From: the human T2T-CHM13v2.0 reference genome, Homo sapiens
NCBI RefSeq assembly: GCF_009914755.1
Contig: NC_060930.1
Strand: one strand, 5' to 3'
DNA length: 64,000 nt
Shown one piece after another: positions 17,237 to 30,148 of the stretch. Position 1 is the first letter of the stretch. Each line of letters begins with the position of its first letter. The notes under the pieces were generated by a model. The model worked only from the letters and a program-made list of their open reading frames with translations. It did not search any database and had not been told where the DNA came from. A program made the position numbers and the translations under genes.

Positions 17237-18172
17237 GAGTCAACTATATTTTTAAAAAACCAGATTAATCAATAATGAAATTTTCACATATACAGCATAG
17301 ACCTGAAACAAACATATGACTGACTCAGAACAGAAAGGCATTTAAAGACCTATTCTATCCTCACTGGGCATTCACTCCACGGCCCCAGTACGCTACCCGT
17401 CATTACCACCTGCACACCTGGACCTGTCTCAACCTCACAGTCTCTCCCAGACAGAAGCTAACCTAGCAGAGACGTCATGAGAGTTCCAAGGTTCATTTTG
17501 GGGAGTCTTGATTCCTTTTCAGGTCACTTGTAGGCACTAGAAAGATGCAGACCAGAAACAGCGAGATAACCAGGAGTTTCTTGAATTCAAATTCCTTCCA
17601 CTAGTGCCTGAGGTTCTGGAGAAGAAGGCAACAGCTTCGTAGCAAAAGGGAGTGACTAAGAAAGTGGACCCAAGAAGAGGGCAGGAGATCTCTGAAAAAA
17701 GTTAAACTCCCAAAGGAAAAGGCAAGGATGGAGGGAAGATATGGGAAATATCTTTTGGACAGTGTCACTTTAAACAGATGGGTCTCCTTTCTCTGTGTAG
17801 CGCCAGGAAGTCCAGACGGTTGAGACAGAGTGAAGGGCTGAGAGGAAATCAAGATCACGTGGAAACTCGCTCACACAAGTCAAAAGATGCCCTTAGTTAT
17901 CAGGTGGATTTCGCAATTTGTTTATAACGGTTGATTGAAGTTCATGAAAGCGCGCTGGATGGGGCGCGGGGGATTGAAATAAGTGAGCGCCCTAGTGTCC
18001 TGCCTGCGGATGATCATGAATCTGTTGGGCTGCGAATGGTTTAAAAAGGCAAAACAATCTAGGGGATGGATTTAAAGCTTCCTAGAGCATCATAATTTAT
18101 CCCTTGTTTTACTGCTCAAATTGAGATGACTTCTGCTAAGAACAGTTCAGAGGAACAAAAACCATAGAGAAG

Positions 18173-18246
18173 TTACGGGTACTGGAAGCAAACCCACAAT
18201 TTTTTGGGCACTAGAACCACACTCAAGCCCAACTAAGCTACCAATC
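18173..18246 (-). pseudogene. Highly decayed tRNA-Ile relic
   Basis: + strand gggtactggaagcaaacccacaattttttgggcactagaaccacactcaagcccaactaagcta is colinear with + strand 12404-12477; A5 (terminator on -) at 18157-18161. Confidence 0.6.
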
Positions 18247-18739
18247 ATTCCACTGACTTGTCTTTGCTTCGAAAACATTAACTTCATCAACATTCTTCTC
18301 GTAGATAATCTTAGACCGGAAAGAAGTCCCTTCCCACCTTCCACCGCTGCCTCAATAAAAAGAATAATCTATTTTCGATTAAAACAAACAAACTTGGTTT
18401 TAAATCTTACTCATGGAGTAGACAAAGGATGCAGACGTTTTCAAACCTGCAGCTTCTGACTGCGTAATCCACGGAAATTTCTGACCCTCCTGAAGGACAT
18501 CATGTCTATGCTCACCAGGGGTCTGACCCGCTGAACTTCAGGCAGCAGGCACCACTGCCCACAATAAAAAGATTCAGTTTCATGCCTGAAGGGATAATCT
18601 GGCAGCCTCTGGTCCTCTCTATTCAATGATTTTTCCTGGCGTATTTCAGTTCTCACTTTTCCAGCGTGTTCATGTTCGAAATTGGAGACTTTCTACCTGT
18701 TTGGTTCAGGTTTCTGGAGTCTAAGAAATTACATGAACA

Positions 18740-19355
18740 AATGGTATAGCCACTTTGGAAAACAGTTCAGTTCAATTTCTTTAAAAGTTAAATTTGATTT
18801 TAATATATGCTCTGGTAATTCCACATCTAGGTATCTACCCAAGAGAAATGAAAATGTATCTCAACAAAAAGACTAGTACACAAATGTTCATAGTGGCATT
18901 AGCCATAATAGCAAAAAGAGGAAATAAACCAAATGCACATTAACCAATTAATAGATAGCTCAAACATAGTATATCCATAAAACAGAATATTATTCAGCCA
19001 TAAAAGGAAATGAAATGCTGATACCTGCTATAACATGGATGAACCTCAAAAACATTATGCTAAGTGGAAGAAGCCAGACATAAAAAAGCATGTATTGTAG
19101 AATTCCTTTTATATGGAATGTTCAAAAAAGGAAAATAAATATATAGAGAAAATAGATTAATGGTTGTCTATGGCTAGGAATAGAAATGAGAATTCACTGC
19201 AAATAGGCATGAAGAGACTTTTTGGGGGTTACTGAAAATGTTCTAAAACTGGATTCTGCTGATAGTTAAACAAATCTGTAAATCTACTTAAAAAATTAAA
19301 ATTTACACTTAAAAACAGGTGAGTATTATGGTATGTAAATTATACCTAACAAAAG
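18740..19355 (+). mobile_element. Old L1M 3' end
   Basis: cactttggaaaacag...atggatgaacctcaaaaacattatgctaagt...aaattatacct signature. Confidence 0.8.
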
Positions 19356-19476
19356 TGATTTTTTTTAAAAAAAGAGTTCAAGAGTCTTCTACAGTGGCTG
19401 TTTCCTTTTACATTTCCAATGCTTGTATTGCCTATCTTTATCAGAGCCATTTTTGTCAATATGAAGGATTATCTCA

Positions 19477-19805
<329 letters not shown>

Positions 19806-20046
19806 ATTGCATTTTAGTAACGACTAATGATGTTGAGCATCTTGTCATGTGCTTATTGGCCATTGGTGTATTTTCTTTGGAGAAATCCCTGTTCAAACCC
19901 TTTTTCCATTTCCAATTGTGCTATTTGTCTTATTATTGAGTTGGGATAAACATCCCTGTCTTTCCAGTCTAGCAATTAAAACAACTAAGTAAATTCGTAT
20001 TTATCGAAAAATAAATTTAGAAATTTATTAATACATTTTTTAAAAT

Positions 20047-20544
<498 letters not shown>

Positions 20545-20889
20545 TATATCAGTCTTTAAATAAAAGCCAAAGCCCTTTCTATGGCTTGCCAGCAGGGTTG
20601 AATCTCTGATTACTTCTCTCTTCTCATCTAATTCAAATTCCTTCATTGACTTTCCAGCCCACTAACTGTTGATGTTCCTTGGTGGTGCCAAGCAGGTTTG
20701 TGACTCAGAGTCTTTGCACCTGCTCTTTCTTGGGCCAGAAACCCTCTGACTCCAGATAACCTCATGCTCCCCCTGGCTCCTCATTCTTACCTCAAGTATT
20801 TTTTTCCCTGCCTTCCTCCCTCCCCACTCACTCCCTTGCCTCAACTCTTAGGTCACATTCTTAGGGAATTCTTTCCTGAGCAGAAAACT

Positions 20890-21990
20890 AATTCATTAAT
20901 TAATCAATTTATCCATATAGCCTTTTGCTCACTGCATATTCATTGAGAACCTTTCAAGTGCCTTGAAGTAGTTTGGGTGTTATGGGTACACCAGTGAACA
21001 AAACAGACAAAATTGCTTCCCACAATAAGCTTACTTCCTGGGGAATGGTTTGGGAGAGAAATGCAATAAAATGTCATCACTATCAGGGAGTGACAACAGA
21101 AGGATCAGGGGACAGGGTCTCAGGTGTTGTGCCATTTATAAGGGTGGTCAGGTAAAACCCATTTGGTAAGATAAAATATATGAATGGGGAACTATAGGAA
21201 GTGATAAAATAAGACTTGCAGATATTTGGAGGAAAAGCATCCTAAGGAGAGCAAAAATTCTAAGGAAGGAGTGAGTCTTGTGAAATATGAAATAGTCCAA
21301 TGCAGTTGGAGCAGTGAACCCAGGAGGGGTAGGAGATGAAATCATGACAGTATATACAACAGGGGGCCAGGTCATACAGAGTTTTAAAAACTGTTTTCAA
21401 AACTTTAGATTTACTTTGAGTAAGATGGGGCATCAGGGAAGTGTTCTAAACCAGGGAGTGAATGATTGTGAATGATTGGGCTAATATTTAATTCTGTCTC
21501 TCTGTCTGCTGAGTGTAGAATAAATCATGAGGCAGAAACAGGGTGACCAGCTAAAAGCCTTCCATGATATCCCAAGTCAGAGATGATGGTGGCTCAGCAG
21601 TGGTAGCACTGAAGGTAGTGAGAAGTCATCAGATTCTGGATATATTTTTTAAATTTATGGGAATAACTTTTTAAATGTACAATATTTCTCATAGTGATAA
21701 GTCCCATGAAAAAGAATTAGGAATAAAGTTTGAAAAGGAATAGAAGAGGGCCATAGGTTTGGCAATTTTTAAAAAGCTGACCATGGAAGACCTTTCTGAA
21801 TGAATGACCTTTGAATAAAGATCCAGTTGAAGTGAGGGAGCAAACCACGTGGGTATATAGGGAAATCACAATCCATAGGGTGGGAACAACAAAATTAAGA
21901 ACCCTAAGGCAGAAGCAAGCCTGGTATGTTCAAAGAACTGTAAGGAGTCTATGGACAGTGTGAGATTGTGGGTCAGAGAAGCTCGGGACA
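20890..21990. mobile_element. L2 fragments
   Basis: attcattaattaatcaa / cattcattgag ends and purine-rich L2 body. Confidence 0.55.
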
Positions 21991-22399
21991 GTGAAGCAGA
22001 GCAGAAAGTGAGGGGGCTGGAAAATAGACAAGGTGAGATTGGGGGACAAAGAGATGAGTATGGAGAGAAAGACTGAAAAAGAGATGGGGGACTGAGAAAA
22101 AAGAGACGGAAAGACTGAGTGTGGGAACAACTGAGGGGTACTGAAGATATGCTGAGGGGCAGAAAGAAAAGACTGAGAATAAGTGGGCAACTGGGGTTCC
22201 AGAGGAGGTGCTGAGGTGGGGAGAGACAGAGGTTGAAGGACAATAAGGCATGCAAAGGAGGAATCTGAGATAAAGAGAAGGTAGACCGAAGAGCGGAGAG
22301 GAGGAGACTGAGACAGCGAGGGCTACTGAGAGCTGAGGGAAGAACAGACTGAGAGGCCCAGAGAGAAGAAACTGGGAGTTCCGATGCTGCATCAGCAGC

Positions 22400-22570
22400 C
22401 TCTGTGTACAGACTCTGGCGTCCCTGCCCCGCTTTAGCAGTTCCTACAGACGCTTGACCTGCCAGGAAAGGAAAGAAACCTGAGCCTCTGCTGAAAGGTG
22501 ATGGATTTAAGGCCCGGCTGCTGAGGATAAGATAAAGGTACTCCTGGGGGAGAACAGAGTCCCGAACACC
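22400..22570 (+). promoter_or_regulatory. PRSS16 proximal promoter / 5'UTR
   Basis: Immediately upstream of ATG; two GACGC motifs (22418-22422 on -, 22449-22453 on +), TATA-like ATTTAA near 22505, tandem GATAAGATAA. Confidence 0.55.
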
Positions 22571-22640
22571 ATGGCCGTCTGGCTTGCCCAGTGGCTGGGC
22601 CCTCTGCTCTTGGTTTCCCTCTGGGGACTCTTGGCTCCAG
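22571..22640 (+). CDS. PRSS16: PRSS16 coding exon 1 (signal peptide)
   Basis: Kozak acaccATGG; donor gtaaga at 22641. Confidence 0.95.
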
Positions 22641-25600
22641 GTAAGAGGAGGCTGAGGGTCAAGCAGGGCATCCTAAGGAGGCCAGCCTGACTTCCTTCCC
22701 TCCATGTCCCACAGCCTCCCTTCTTAGGCGCCTGGGTGAGCACATTCAGCAGTTTCAGGAGAGCTCTGCCCAGGGCCTGGGCCTGAGCCTGGGGCCAGGT
22801 GCTGCAGCCCTCCCAAAAGTGGGGTGGCTGGAGCAACTGCTGGACCCCTTCAACGTGTCCGACAGACGATCCTTCCTACAGGTGAGGCCGGGAGACGGGG
22901 AGTCCACTAACCATCCTGCCCTCTCCTCAGTCTCCCTCATCTCTTCCTCAGTCTGCACTTTTTTCTCTCTCCACACCTCAGTTCTCCCCATCCCTCTGCT
23001 TGAATCTCATGTTATGCTTGCTGTCAGTATCCCTTTTCCTGCCCTTTGTAGATTTGGCCTTACTCTCTCCTCTCCTCGGGGTCCCACTCGTTTTGTCCCT
23101 CAGATCTTGCCCTTCACCATTTCTTTCTCTCTGTCATTCACATTCACTGCTCCTCCCTACCCCCTTGTCCCTGTCCAGACTGGACACAAAACCTACCACC
23201 AGGTCTCAGTAGGTAGCAGAAATTTGAACCAGCTTTGGAATCAGACCTAGCTCACAACAGGCACTCAAAGATATCTATCGAAAGAAGGAACAAATTCGCC
23301 ATTTTTCAGTGCTTCCTCTGTATTTAGTCTCCAAATATCATCCCACTTGGATCTTATTCCTAAATCCATCTGCATTTATTTCTTATTTTACAATTATTAC
23401 TTCAAGAAATAGCAAGTTCCTTCAATGTGAGAGCCACTCCCTCAGTTCTGGGGATATAAGAGTGAAAAACCAGGTCAAAAATTTGCTTTTGTATATTTTG
23501 CATTCTAGATGAGGAGATGAACAGGGGAAAAGTGAGCAAGTGAATAAACAAGCTCATTTCAGACACTGTTAAGTACATAAGGAAAGATCCATTAGGAAGA
23601 GAGACTGGAACAAATGAGGAATTGAGAATAAGTCAGGACTCTCACAGTGCCATTTCTTCTTCCCCATCCCACCTCTCAGCGTTACTGGGTGAATGACCAA
23701 CATTGGGTTGGCCAGGATGGACCCATATTCCTGCATCTAGGGGGTGAGGGCATCCTTGGGCCTGGCTCAGTGATGAGAGGTAAGAGGCAATGTTGGGGGA
23801 AAGGAGTTGGGATGCTGGTGGGGACCAGGAAGGGGAGCTGCATATTGCAATGCTGTGAGACCTGAGGAGTGAAAGGGCTTAAACTCAACTTGCATCTCAC
23901 CCCCCCACCCCCCACCCATACACTCTTCACAGGCCATCCCGCAGCCTTGGCCCCAGCCTGGGGCGCCCTGGTGATAAGCCTGGAACACAGATTTTATGGC
24001 CTGAGTATACCTGCTGGAGGCCTGGAAATGGCCCAGCTCCGCTTCTTGTCCAGCCGCCTTGCGTGAGTGGAGGAAGGGAAAGTGTTTATGGTCAAAGGAC
24101 AGGAATGTCTGTGCTTTGGCATCTCTGCATCTGTGTCTCTCTCCTCCACTGTCTGAAGTCAACCTCTGAGTCTCTGGTTCCCTCTGTTTTCTTCTGTGTT
24201 TCATAGGGTCTTGTTTTTTCTCTTTCCATTTCTGGGTCTCTGACTCTCCCTATCTGTCTTTCTCTTATCCTGTGTTCTTTCTATTTCTGTGTCTCTGTCT
24301 GAAGTAAGCCACTGTATCACTGTGCAGACCACCAGCATTCCTTACCTGGATTACGGCCACAGCATTCTCACCATTTTTCCTGCTCTGCCCTTGACTTCCA
24401 GGTGGAAATCAGAGTAATTCTGTTAGAGCATAAACCAGGACATGATCCTCCCTGGCTTAAGTCCCTCAGACATCTTCTGTATTGCTTCAGAAGTAAAGCA
24501 ATTTTGACTGTATTTGACTTCAGAGTAAAGTCAAAGCTTTTACAGTCGCCATGGAGTCCAGTGGGTTTTGGCCTCTAGTTAACTCTGACCTATACTCTCT
24601 CACTTTCACTGGGCTCCAGCTACATTGAAGTCCTCACTGTCCTCCAGACTTACACGCACATTCCTGCCTTGAGCCTTTGAACTCATCCCTCTGCATGGCG
24701 TGGCCTTCCCCTAGATGTTTTTATGCCTCTCACCCCAGCCTCCTTCAGTGCATCTCACTCCTATTAACGACCCCCACCATTTTTCCAACTTTACTTCACC
24801 TGCTTTTTGTTTCTTTCATCTGCTTTATTCTTACAGAACTTAGCTTTTTCTTTCCTCATTGGTATCTCTGTCTGTGTCTGTAACAGTCTGTTTGCCTGTC
24901 TCATTTTCTCCGTCTCTGTATCTACATCTGTGCCTCTTTGTCTCCATCTCTGTCTCTCTGCATCTTAATCTTTTCTACAAGCGAAACGGTTTTCTAACTG
25001 CAACAGGATGGTACCAACTGCAAGCCATTCAGAAAGGTTAGGGAAGAAAGAAAGCCCTTGGGAGGAGAAAGAGGATGTTAGACATATCCAAACTTCACTC
25101 TCCATTTCTCTTTGTGTCTGTTCTCTCTCCCAATACCTTGCAACTCATCAGGTTAGGACCCCTCCTTCTCCTCTTAGTAGCCCTCCTTGAGTGCCCTCAA
25201 CCCTTCCCTACATTTGTCAGGTTTTCATCTAAACTGACTTGGAAATTTTTCCTCTCCTACCTAAAACGAGAAGGGAAAGAGGGTGGTGGCTTTCTAGAAA
25301 GTGGACGAGGACAGGGTCTCCCTTGGCCTAGGCACACATGTTCTGGGAAGTGTATGTGGCTTGGAGAACACTTGGAAACACGTCATGAGAAAACGGCCCT
25401 GGTTTCTGGCCAGATTCACCCATTCATGTCTCTGGATCCGGGTTTCCCCCAGAATGGGGAAATCTTCAGGGATTCCCAGCGATGAGGACCGACCGAGTCC
25501 CCCCTTTGACCCTAGGCTGGCTGATGTGGTCTCTGCCCGCCTGGCACTTTCCCGCCTCTTTAACATCTCCTCCTCCAGCCCCTGGATCTGCTTCGGAGGC

Positions 25601-28600
25601 TCCTATGCCGGCTCCTTGGCCGCCTGGGCCCGGCTGAAGGTCCTGCGACTCCTCCGGGTGGGCTGGGGGGAGGGAACTCGGACTCCAGGGCCCCAGTCTC
25701 AGATAATAGGAATACCCTCCCACCACGCCCCTACCTTCCTCCCGCGCCCAAAGAATTTTGCACAAGCTGTCCTCACAAGAGCCCGAGATTACACAGCGAG
25801 TAAGTGACACAGAGGCAGAAAGATATGCGATTCCAACCCCTCAGCCCGCAGGCTGACGGCGTCTCCTCCCTTAGTTCCCCCATCTCATTTTCGCGTCGGT
25901 CGCCTCCTCCGCCCCGGTGCGGGCCGTGCTGGATTTCTCCGAGTATAATGACGTAAGGATGGCGGGCAGCAGGTGCGGGACGGGGAGGGGTCCCAGCGGG
26001 CGGAGTCCCTTGACACTTCCGGATACCTTCCTCTGCGGTCCGCCCACAGGTGGTATCCCGAAGCCTAATGAGCACCGCGATCGGCGGGTCCCTGGAGGTA
26101 GGAGGTGGGGCCTAGTCCGAGGGGGACTGGGAGGGAAAAGAGGCCTCGGATGCCAGGGAAGAGGAGGCCAGAGAAGGGCGAAACCTGCAACGTGGCGGGG
26201 TCTAAGGAAGGTCGGAGCTCGGGGGAATACGCAGGTTTTGGAAGAAGGCGGGAGCTGACGAAGAGGAGGGGCACCAGGAAAAGAGGCGCTCCCCAGAGAG
26301 GGCGGGGTTTGGGCAGGGACAATCCTATCCGGAGGTGAGGCTCAAGGTGGGGCGGGGCCACAATGGAGGACGGGGCCTGCAGGGAAGACCCGAGAAGGAG
26401 GGCTGCGAGGCAGGGGATTGGGGGCGGGGGCCTGGGGGCGGGGGCCTGGGCCAAGAGCTAGGTCTGCACCCTCTGAGTCCCGCTAGGGGAAAGTGGGGAA
26501 CCCAAGGAGGACGCAGGTCCTGGGTAGGGAAAGCCGAGGCCCAGCCTAAGTCTTGGCGGACATCGCCTCTTGCTTCCCACAGTGCCGGGCGGCGGTGTCC
26601 GTCGCCTTCGCTGAAGTGGAGCGGCGGCTGCGCTCGGGTGGGGCGGCTCAAGCAGCATTGCGGACGGAGCTGAGCGCTTGCGGGCCCCTGGGCCGCGCTG
26701 AAAACCAGGCGGAGCTGTTGGGGGCGCTGCAGGCACTGGTGGGAGGTGTAGTGCAGTATGATGGGCAGACGGGAGCGCCGCTAAGCGTGCGACAGCTCTG
26801 CGGACTTCTCCTCGGGGGCGGGGGCAACCGCAGCCACTCCACGCCCTACTGCGGGCTTCGTCGGGCGGTGCAGGTGAGCACTCCCTGGCACAGCTGGGAG
26901 GAGTTAGCGGACAAAGATTCCTGCCCCACTTCCGTTGTGTGATCTTGGGCAAGCGAGAACCTTCTCTGAAACTTCGTTTTCTCATCTGTAAAATGGGGAT
27001 AACACTTCACAGGGCCGATGGGAAGATGAAATGAGGCGGGTCATGTAGAGCAATCAGCTGGGAGCCTGGCACACAGTGTGCGAATGTTAGAGACTGCGAT
27101 TATTACCTATTTTGCCTATCCTGTCCTGTTCTCTTTTGGGGGGCCTGCAGGAGTGCCTGGCACATGGCAAATTCTCACTTAGTATTTTTAGAATGAATGA
27201 AAAAATGTTATCTCTGGGGATAGGGTTCTCCTAGGTACCTGGGACTGCAGCCTCTAAATCCACAACTGCAATCCAGCTGTCGCTTTTCCAGCACTGTCTG
27301 GACCAAGTGCTGTATAAAGTGCTTCACATATATTATTTCATTAAGTTCTCAAGAGATAGGCACTATTATTATCGCCACTTACAGAAAAGGAAACTGAAGT
27401 CTGAAAGATTATCACTTGCCCAAGCTCTCACAGGTAATAAGGTCTCAGTCTTCTAGTGCATTGATCTCTAACTCACAAGGACCCAGGCATCCACCCCCTC
27501 TGACCACTGACTCCCAGGAGAACTCAGGAACTCACCCTTCTATTTCTGACTTTTGACCTCTGGGGACATAGGCCTCTGCACCCTGGCTTGCTGGGAAGAG
27601 AGGAGGAATTTATGTCTTATGTATGTACATTGTTCCCTAGATTGTCTTGCACAGCCTGGGCCAGAAGTGTTTAAGCTTTTCCCGAGCAGAGACAGTGGCA
27701 CAGCTGAGGAGCACAGAACCTCAACTGTCTGGTGTGGGTGACCGGCAGTGGTTGTATCAGACATGTACCGAGTTCGGCTTCTGTAAGTGACTGGCCTAAC
27801 CCTAACTTTGTCCCCTCAAACAACCTTTTTACTATGCCCAGAGAAGTCATCTTACAGGTGGTCTGGACTCATTTCGACCCAGCTCTCAGGCACTGTGTAA
27901 CCTGCAGATGTTGGGCTGGAGAAGGTGGAAGCCATACTAGTGTGTGCATGTGCTTGGCCCTCACATGCCTCCTCACGCACACACTGAGGTCTCCACTTGA
28001 GTGATCTTCCCTTCAGCCTATTCTTTCTCTGTGTCCCCATTCCAGGGATGGCCCCCTTTCCCCATCCACCAGACTAGAAACTTGAGCCTTGTTTTAGTTG
28101 TTTCCTTCCCATTTTCTAGCTAGCCTGTCAATTACTGAGTCCTCCTCACTCTGCATGGACAACTCTGTAGTCCATCCCTTGTGCTTTCTATGCCTACCTC
28201 TGCTGTCCTGCTGGGAACCTCCATTCTTTCTTGCCGGGATCCCTTCCCAGCCGCTTCTCTGGTCTCATGGTTTTCACTTCCTCTGTACAATCCAACTTTT
28301 TCATAGCATCCACAGAGATCCTTGTAAATATAACCTTGTCCCTCCTGTACTCAAAACCACAGCTCCTCAAAGACCCCAGGGTAGTGTTGCCAGATACAAT
28401 ACAGGATGCCCAGTTAAATTTGAATTTCAGATATACAACAGATTTTTTTTTAGTATAAGCATGTCCCAAATACTACATATGGTAAATTAAATGTTCAAAT
28501 TCCAGCTCCATTTTCTACTCGTAATCTTGGGCAAACTTGGGCAAGTGACTTACTTCTCTATGCCTGTTTCCACATCTATAAAATGGGAATACAAGCAATA

Positions 28601-30148
28601 TTTCTCTCATAGGGTTGTTTCAAGGACTAAAGGAGGTAATATTTGTAGCATTCTAAGAATAATGCAGGTCTACAGTAAGTATTCCATAAACCTCTTGCTA
28701 TTGTTATTATTATAAGGCTTTACATATTTTAACCCTCTTAATACATTAGTCTTCCTAACATCTTAGGAACTTTGTACATGCTGTTCACTTTGCTTGGATT
28801 ATTCATCTTCAAGTCTCAATAGGGTGGCCTCCCTCAGGAAGCCATGATCCCTCAAGATAAGTCAGCCTTGCCACCTCCGACTTCGATAGCTCTGTGTTCT
28901 CCTTAGCATTTTACACAGCCTGTCATAATACATTTTTTATTGCCTGTCTTCCCCTCTGGACTGAGTCCTGTGACAGCAGAGCCTGGAGCTGTCTTGGTTG
29001 CCACCATGTGCCCAACATTGTACAACATTTATCTGAGCACCTGGTAGGTGGTCAACAAATAGGGAGGGAAGGGATGAATTAATCTGATGTTACAGAAGTT
29101 ATCTTTACCCTGAAAGCACAGTGAGCTATGGGTTTTAAGCAGGGCAGACATAATACAATTTGAGCTCCGAGCATTCCAGACCTTTGCACGTGCTATTTCT
29201 TCTATTTACTATGCCTTCCTTCTCTATCTTTGTTTGGCTCAGTTCTACTAATTTCTCAAGGTCTTATCCTTTGCAGGATGCTTTCCCTGAGCCCATCATG
29301 TTTCCTCTGGGATCCCTGCCTTGTGGCCTTTTTCCATCACAGCCCTGATCACTGTGGGCTATCACTGTCAGGGGACTGTGTGAGTCTGTCTGCCAGGACT
29401 GTAAACTCCTCGAAGGGAGTATTAGAAATGTTCTGGTCATCACTGAGGAAAGCTTTGAAAATGATTATTGAAGGAGAGTGGTGGGCTGCCTGTATACCCA
29501 CACTTACAGGTATCTCCCTACACAGATGTCACCTGTGAGAATCCCAGATGTCCTTTCTCCCAGCTCCCAGCACTGCCCTCCCAGCTAGACCTATGTGAGC
29601 AGGTGTTTGGGCTCTCAGCCTTGTCAGTAGCCCAGGCTGTGGCTCAGACGAACTCCTACTACGGTGGCCAGACCCCTGGGGCTAACAAAGTGCTGTTTGT
29701 TAATGGTGAGCATGCTATCAAAACCTGGCTGCTAAGCCTCCACCTAGCCCCAGCTCAACATAGCCTCATCCTCTCCCAGCACCCATCTACCTAGCCCCAT
29801 CCTATCCTTTCTTTCCAGGGGACACAGACCCCTGGCATGTGCTAAGTGTAACACAGGCTTTAGGATCCTCAGAATCAACTCTTCTTATCCGCACTGGCTC
29901 CCACTGCTTGGACATGGCACCTGAGAGGCCCTCAGACTCCCCCAGCCTCCGCCTAGGGCGCCAGGTAAGAGAAAAAAGGCTCTGAATCATTTGCATTCTC
30001 ATTTGAATAATCACTTGCATGTTCCCTTCTTCTGCTGGTGCTGAAATCTGACTTTCAAATTCTTCCCACCTCCCCACAGAACATCTTCCAGCAGCTACAG
30101 ACCTGGCTCAAGCTGGCAAAGGAGAGCCAGATTAAGGGTGAAGTCTGA
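22571..30148 (+). CDS. PRSS16: Thymus-specific serine protease (peptidase S28 family), 12 coding exons, 514 aa
   Basis: Exons 22571-22640, 22715-22881, 23680-23779, 23933-24062, 25516-25639, 25875-25952, 26050-26097, 26583-26873, 27641-27782, 29526-29705, 29819-29964, 30080-30148 join at GT..AG sites into 1545 nt in frame. Signal peptide MAVWLAQWLGPLLLVSLWGLLAPA; S28 motifs GGEG, LEHRFYG, GGSYAG (S185), NGDTDPW (D447), GSHCLD (H472). Confidence 0.97.
22715..22881 (+). CDS. PRSS16: PRSS16 exon 2
   Basis: cacag acceptor; ...WLEQLLDPFNVSDRRSFLQ; donor gtgagg. Confidence 0.95.
23680..23779 (+). CDS. PRSS16: PRSS16 exon 3
   Basis: RYWVNDQHWVGQDGPIFLHLGGEGILGPGSVMR; donor gtaaga. Confidence 0.95.
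23933..24062 (+). CDS. PRSS16: PRSS16 exon 4
   Basis: HPAALAPAWGALVISLEHRFYGLS...; donor gtgagt. Confidence 0.95.
25516..25639 (+). CDS. PRSS16: PRSS16 exon 5 (catalytic Ser185 at 25601-25603)
   Basis: WICFGGSYAGSLAAWARLK; weak donor gtcctg. Confidence 0.93.
25875..25952 (+). CDS. PRSS16: PRSS16 exon 6
   Basis: FPHLIFASVASSAPVRAVLDFSEYND; donor gtaagg. Confidence 0.93.
26050..26097 (+). CDS. PRSS16: PRSS16 exon 7
   Basis: VVSRSLMSTAIGGSLE; 48 nt; donor gtagga. Confidence 0.9.
26583..26873 (+). CDS. PRSS16: PRSS16 exon 8
   Basis: CRAAVSVAFAEVERRL...YCGLRRAVQ; donor gtgagc. Confidence 0.93.
27641..27782 (+). CDS. PRSS16: PRSS16 exon 9
   Basis: IVLHSLGQKCLSF...RQWLYQTCTEFGF (S28 motif); donor gtaagt. 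Confidence 0.94.
28378..28715. mobile_element. MER3-like hAT fragment followed by MIR
   Basis: gttgccagatacaatacaggatgcccagttaaatttgaatttcaga; ttgggcaagtgacttacttctctatgcctgtttccacatctataaaatggg. Confidence 0.7.
29526..29705 (+). CDS. PRSS16: PRSS16 exon 10
   Basis: VTCENPRCPFS...TNSYYGG...KVLFVN; donor gtgagc. Confidence 0.94.
29819..29964 (+). CDS. PRSS16: PRSS16 exon 11 (Asp447, His472)
   Basis: DTDPWHVLSV...GSHCLDM; donor gtaaga. Confidence 0.94.
30080..30148 (+). CDS. PRSS16: PRSS16 exon 12 coding part
   Basis: NIFQQLQTWLKLAKESQIKGEV-TGA. Confidence 0.94.
   Translation, partial: NIFQQLQTWLKLAKESQIKGEV

Larger units (their letters stand above)
25590..26900. promoter_or_regulatory. Intragenic CpG-island-like region over PRSS16 exons 5-8
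   Basis: Visibly high GC and CpG density relative to flanks. Confidence 0.7.

Noticed and set aside
21866-22392. Overlapping Ser/Leu/Phe-rich minus-strand ORFs
   Set aside because: Purine-rich low-complexity and L2-derived sequence; no protein signature.
26065-26985. Long antisense and alternative-frame ORFs in PRSS16
   Set aside because: Expected in GC-rich CpG-island DNA; only the spliced PRSS16 frame has family motifs.
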